From Campylobacterota bacterium (GTDB taxonomy: Bacteria; Campylobacterota; Campylobacteria; Campylobacterales; Sulfurovaceae): a stretch of DNA of 41,767 bases. Both the position numbers and the translations under genes were made by a program. The notes below the pieces were generated by a model, which was given only the letters and a program-made list of their open reading frames with translations, was not told the origin of the DNA and ran no database searches. Below, piece after piece: positions 38,034 through 41,767 of this stretch; position 1 is the stretch's first letter, and every line of letters begins with the position of its first letter. Where the stretch lies: NCBI GenBank assembly GCA_034722955.1, contig JAYEOM010000069.1, positions 1 through 41,767 on the forward strand, read 5' to 3'.

Positions 38034-38387
38034 ATGGAAAATATAGCTATACGACCAGAGATTGCATTGGATCAATTCCTACCGATTTTTGTTGAATCGA
38101 CACTTGTACTTATTTTTGGAGTGGCATACGCAGCACTTATTACGCTCTCAAAAATGGGATACTTTTCCAAAAAGTGGATGCCTATCGGATATCTGTTTTG
38201 GGCATTACAAACTTACTGCTTGTACGATGTCTCTGTCATGATCCAGAGTAACGACTTTACTACCAAGGTATTGATGGTTACGATGGTTGCATATCTCTTT
38301 GTCCCTCACCTCTATTTCCATCTGATTACTGAGGCGGATAAACGATATGACTCTATAGCAGACGATACAATACAGCAACAAAAATAA
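38034..38387 (+). CDS. Hypothetical membrane protein, first gene of the nor operon
   Basis: AAGGA RBS, about three TM helices, 10 bp upstream of norC. Confidence 0.8.
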   Translation: MENIAIRPEIALDQFLPIFVESTLVLIFGVAYAALITLSKMGYFSKKWMPIGYLFWALQTYCLYDVSVMIQSNDFTTKVLMVTMVAYLFVPHLYFHLITEADKRYDSIADDTIQQQK

Positions 38388-38397
38388 AGGAGGAGAC

Positions 38398-39069
38398 ATG
38401 GCGAAGGAAAATCTTTCAGTCTGGACCAGTATACCGTTCTGGCGACGATCGGCAGGATGGGTGACAGGTTTTGCGGTTATGTTGCTGATCTGGCTATCGT
38501 TTGATACGCTAGGACAGATCAGTATGGGTACAGATGAAGATCTCAAGAATAGGGTTACCAAAAGAGTTCCTGCTGCAACGGTAATCAATTATAATATTGA
38601 TTATAAGTTTAGCAAAAAAAGGGGGTCAGAAGTTCCGGTTATCGGTGAAAAAGAGCCATTTTTTGGTAAAGAGTGGAGTATAGATGAGGCGGCAGAGTTG
38701 CTGCATCTTGGAAAACTTACTTCTCAATCAAAGAACTGTATGAATTGCCATACACTCTTGGGTAATGGTGCCTATTATGCTCCAGATCTTACTAAATCAT
38801 GGTTGGATCCTATGTGGAGTGCAAAAGGTCCTATGTTGGCAATGACTGGAAAAGCGACAAAAGAGGAGGCGATGGCTGAATTTTTGATCAATCCATCACA
38901 ATATCCTACTCATGCTCGTATGATGCCAAATCTTGGGATTACAGCAGATGAGGCTAAAGGATTGGTTGCATTCTTGAAGCATATGAGTAGTATTGATACG
39001 AATGGTTTCCCTAGAAACTTCTCCAAAACAGTTGAACAGTTCGAACAAGGAGGAACCAATGCTCGCTAG
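38398..39069 (+). CDS. norC: Nitric oxide reductase cytochrome c subunit
   Basis: N-terminal TM helix, CMNCHTLLGNGAYYAPDLT, RMMPNL. Confidence 0.93.
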   Translation: MAKENLSVWTSIPFWRRSAGWVTGFAVMLLIWLSFDTLGQISMGTDEDLKNRVTKRVPAATVINYNIDYKFSKKRGSEVPVIGEKEPFFGKEWSIDEAAELLHLGKLTSQSKNCMNCHTLLGNGAYYAPDLTKSWLDPMWSAKGPMLAMTGKATKEEAMAEFLINPSQYPTHARMMPNLGITADEAKGLVAFLKHMSSIDTNGFPRNFSKTVEQFEQGGTNAR

Positions 39070-40504
39070 TATTAAATCAAATCACTTGAAGACAGAATCC
39101 CAAAAATTGGGGATGATGTACTTCAGAGTAGCTATTATACTCTTTGGTGCACAGCTTTTGATGGGACTTATCGCAGCGATACAGTTTATTGTTCCTGGAT
39201 TCTTATTTGAAATCTTTGACTTTTCAGTTGCTAGAATGGTGCATATCAATGCTCTCGTAGTCTGGATGCTCTATGCTATGATCGGATCAGTATATTATAT
39301 GCTGCCTGACGAGACGGGAGAAGATGCTGTTGGTATAGGTCTTGGCAAACTTGGATTTTGGGTATTGACAGCAGCTGTAGCAGTTGTGGTTCTCGTCTAT
39401 ATCTTTGTTCAGGTTGGGCCGGGAACTGAAGCATCTATCTGGTTCATCAATGAAGGACGAGAGTATATCGAAGCACCTAGATGGGCTGATATCGGTATCG
39501 TTGTTGTAGTTCTTATCTTCTACTGGAATGTCTTTGCTACCTATATGAAGGGAACACAGACAGGTATCATGACTGTTATGGTCGCTGACTTGCTTGCACT
39601 CGCAGGTCTCTATCTGACAGGTATGTTCTTTACAGATAACATCTCAATGGATCAATTCTGGTGGTGGTGGGTAATACACCTTTGGGTTGAAGCTACCTGG
39701 GAAGTATTTGTCGGTGTATTGGCTGCTTATGCATTGATTAAAATCATTGGTGCCAAGCGAGAAATAGTTGAGATGTGGCTCTGGATCGAAGTGTTGATGC
39801 TCTTTGGTTCAGGTATCCTTGGTTTGGGTCACCACTACTTCTGGATCGGTACTCCTGAGTACTGGTGGGAGATAGGTGCACTCTTCTCAGCACTAGAGCC
39901 TGTTCCGTTGGTTGCGATGTTTGTCCATGTCCTATATGATTGGGGTAAAGAGCAAGGTATCGCAAAAGCCAAAGGTGAAGCTGGTTCTGTTATGAACAAT
40001 GGTCCAGCTATGGCTTGGATCGTGACCAATGCGTTTGGTAACTTCCTAGGTGCAGGTGTTTGGGGATTCTTCCATACACTGCCACAGGTCAATATCTATA
40101 CACACGGTACACAGTTTACAGCAGCGCATGGTCACTTGGCGTTCTTTGGAGCCTATGCAACGATCCTTATCGGTATGATGTATATGGGGCTACAGGGTGC
40201 ATACGGGATAGAGCGTATGAAAGCTACATTTAAATCCAAGATGGGACTATTCCTGGTTACATTCGGTGTACTTGGTATGGGTGTTGCCTTAACGATTGCT
40301 GGCTATGAACAGGTTCTAGTCGAGAGAGCGGAGCTTGGTGGCGGATGGCAGGCATTCTTCACAGCGCAAGAGCTTCCTTGGTATGTGCAGGCACAGCTTT
40401 GGAGAGCCATCATGGGTGTTGTGACCTTTGTAGGATTTATCTATCTTGTCTGGGATCTTCTTACTATCGGTAAGCAAGCTGCTCAAGCACAAGAGGCCAA
40501 ATAA
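39059..40504 (+). CDS. norB: Nitric oxide reductase large subunit
   Basis: ARMVHIN, GREYIEAP, WWVIHLWVEATWE, GHHYFWIG, HGHLAFFGAY. Start ATG 39059 follows a GGAGG RBS. Confidence 0.95.
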   Translation: MLASIKSNHLKTESQKLGMMYFRVAIILFGAQLLMGLIAAIQFIVPGFLFEIFDFSVARMVHINALVVWMLYAMIGSVYYMLPDETGEDAVGIGLGKLGFWVLTAAVAVVVLVYIFVQVGPGTEASIWFINEGREYIEAPRWADIGIVVVVLIFYWNVFATYMKGTQTGIMTVMVADLLALAGLYLTGMFFTDNISMDQFWWWWVIHLWVEATWEVFVGVLAAYALIKIIGAKREIVEMWLWIEVLMLFGSGILGLGHHYFWIGTPEYWWEIGALFSALEPVPLVAMFVHVLYDWGKEQGIAKAKGEAGSVMNNGPAMAWIVTNAFGNFLGAGVWGFFHTLPQVNIYTHGTQFTAAHGHLAFFGAYATILIGMMYMGLQGAYGIERMKATFKSKMGLFLVTFGVLGMGVALTIAGYEQVLVERAELGGGWQAFFTAQELPWYVQAQLWRAIMGVVTFVGFIYLVWDLLTIGKQAAQAQEAK

Positions 40505-40528
40505 GAGATACGGGGAGACCCGTATCTC
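40505..40528 (+). terminator. Strong stem-loop after norB (terminator or mRNA-stabilising hairpin)
   Basis: GAGATACGGG-GAGA-CCCGTATCTC, 10-bp stem, GNRA loop, no U-tract. Confidence 0.6.
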
Positions 40529-40549
40529 AATACTTAAAGGAGGATACAA

Positions 40550-40705
40550 ATGTTATTTGAACCAATGACTGATGTGGTGCCAAGTTTTTTTGCTTGGCTC
40601 AATCAGGGGCCATTGACTCTGACAATCTTTTTGCATACGGTGATCATATTGCCTATGTTCTGGATCTACTTCCAGGAGAAAAAGAAGTTAGAAGAGGGTA
40701 AATAG
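40550..40705 (+). CDS. 51-aa single-TM protein between norB and nirS (absent from the ORF track)
   Basis: AAGGAGGA RBS; MLFEPMTDVVPSFFAWLNQGPLTLTIFLHTVIILPMFWIYFQEKKKLEEGK*. Confidence 0.8.
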   Translation: MLFEPMTDVVPSFFAWLNQGPLTLTIFLHTVIILPMFWIYFQEKKKLEEGK

Positions 40706-40791
40706 TCAATAGATTTTGTTGTCTAGGAAACTGGACCTATTTTTACAAAAATGAACTCTCTAAAGGGTTCATTTAAAAAAAAGGAGAAAGA

Positions 40792-41767
40792 ATGAAGTTA
40801 AACAAGTTATTGAGTGTTGCGGCTGCAACATGTGTGGCAGCGACTATGGCAACAGCAGGTACATCAAAGATGGATATGGCTGCAAAGTATGAGAAAGAGT
40901 GTCAGGGATGTCATGGACCTATTCACCAAGGTGGTGTTGGTTCTGACTTGAGACCTGCAGCTTTGAAGAAGAAAACTAGAGAATTCTTAACAGAAGCAAT
41001 TATGGAAGGTGTACCCAATACGGCAATGCCGGCATGGAATACTACATTTTCAGCTGATGATGCAGCAGGTATGATTGATTGGCTACAGGATTGGAAAAAT
41101 ACAGTTGAGTTGACTTTGGATCTTGATGAAGTCAAGAAGACTTGGACAAAATTGGCTGATAGAGAAGCATTGGCCAAGAAGTATCCAGTAGCAAAAGATG
41201 GTAAACTTGACTATAAAGGTGCAGAAGTCGCTAATGTAAAAGATATTACATTTGCAACTGAGAGAGATGCATCTTTGGTTGACTTCATCGATTCAACTAA
41301 CGGAAAAGTTCTTTCTCGTCACAAAGCTGGATTTGCGGTACATGTTACTGTAACAAACAAAGCGAACCCTAGATATGCATACTCTATCTCTCGTTCTGGT
41401 AAACTATCTATGTTTGATATCGGAGCTCCGGGACAGCCTACATTGGCAACAGTACAGGTTGGACAAGAGTCTAGAGGTCTTGCAGTATCTCCAGATGGTA
41501 AATATGTAATCGCAGGTAACTATAACCCGGGTGGTGCAGTTCTTTGTGATGCAAATACACTTGAGCCGCTCAAAGCATATGACACTAGCCGTGTTATCGA
41601 CCCTGATGGAGAGATCGGACCATCAAGAGTTGCATCTCTAGCAGATACTCCTTATGGACCATACTTCGCAATGGCACTTAAAGATGGTGGACACACTTAT
41701 ATCATCGATTACTCTAAAGAAGGTTTCCCAATCGTTGGAGATATTCCAAATATCGGTAAGATCCTTC
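40792..41767 (+). CDS. nirS: Cytochrome cd1 nitrite reductase (3' truncated by the window edge)
   Basis: AAGGAG RBS, signal peptide, ECQGCHG haem c motif, AMP ligand, d1 domain motifs (TERDAS, GFAVH, SRGLAVS, SRVAS); next to norCB. Confidence 0.92.
   Translation, partial: MKLNKLLSVAAATCVAATMATAGTSKMDMAAKYEKECQGCHGPIHQGGVGSDLRPAALKKKTREFLTEAIMEGVPNTAMPAWNTTFSADDAAGMIDWLQDWKNTVELTLDLDEVKKTWTKLADREALAKKYPVAKDGKLDYKGAEVANVKDITFATERDASLVDFIDSTNGKVLSRHKAGFAVHVTVTNKANPRYAYSISRSGKLSMFDIGAPGQPTLATVQVGQESRGLAVSPDGKYVIAGNYNPGGAVLCDANTLEPLKAYDTSRVIDPDGEIGPSRVASLADTPYGPYFAMALKDGGHTYIIDYSKEGFPIVGDIPNIGKIL

Noticed and set aside
38622..38629. GGGGTCAG motif inside norC
   Set aside because: Short match within an intact conserved gene with no flanking similarity; it shows the 8-mer alone can arise by chance.
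40731..40748. Possible sigma54 promoter upstream of nirS
   Set aside because: GG-N10 is followed by AC, not the required GC.
1..41767. CRISPR array, tRNA or rRNA genes
   Set aside because: No regularly spaced repeats or cloverleaf/rRNA-like sequence seen; intergenic spaces are short and accounted for.

Overview
Chromosomal segment of a Campylobacterota bacterium; gene order and content suggest a Sulfurovum-like denitrifier. Most of the window (2.9-33.7 kb) is core genome: hemC-dsb-fxsA-proS-hemA-ispB-DUF2018, RND-ftsL-rsmH, desulforubrerythrin, nagA, bioA, ppiD-ftsA-ftsZ, UPF0323 lipoprotein/Gsp-synthase-like pair, murC and dapC. The right end is a denitrification cluster (norC-norB, a 51-aa ORF, and nirS running off the edge) preceded by three TTGA(T/C)-N4-ATCAA CRP/FNR-family boxes. 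Two accessory patches stand out. (i) 1-2912 holds the HTH C-terminus of a probable Y1/RAYT-type transposase, a hidden internally deleted RAYT pseudogene, REP hairpins, a split Fic (mobile mystery protein B) gene, an Rhs fragment and an IS4-like remnant; its junctions are marked by CCTGACCC(C) motifs, including a perfect 25-bp inverted repeat. (ii) 33708-36762 holds an exported WD40-caspase gene with mosaic base composition and an internal REP-like hairpin, flanked by the same motifs, including a 33/35-bp repeat shared with patch (i). The best candidate for an undescribed system is a Y1-transposase/CCTGACCC-end-driven cargo capture and shuffling system. That is an inference from sequence patterns only; no database searches were run.
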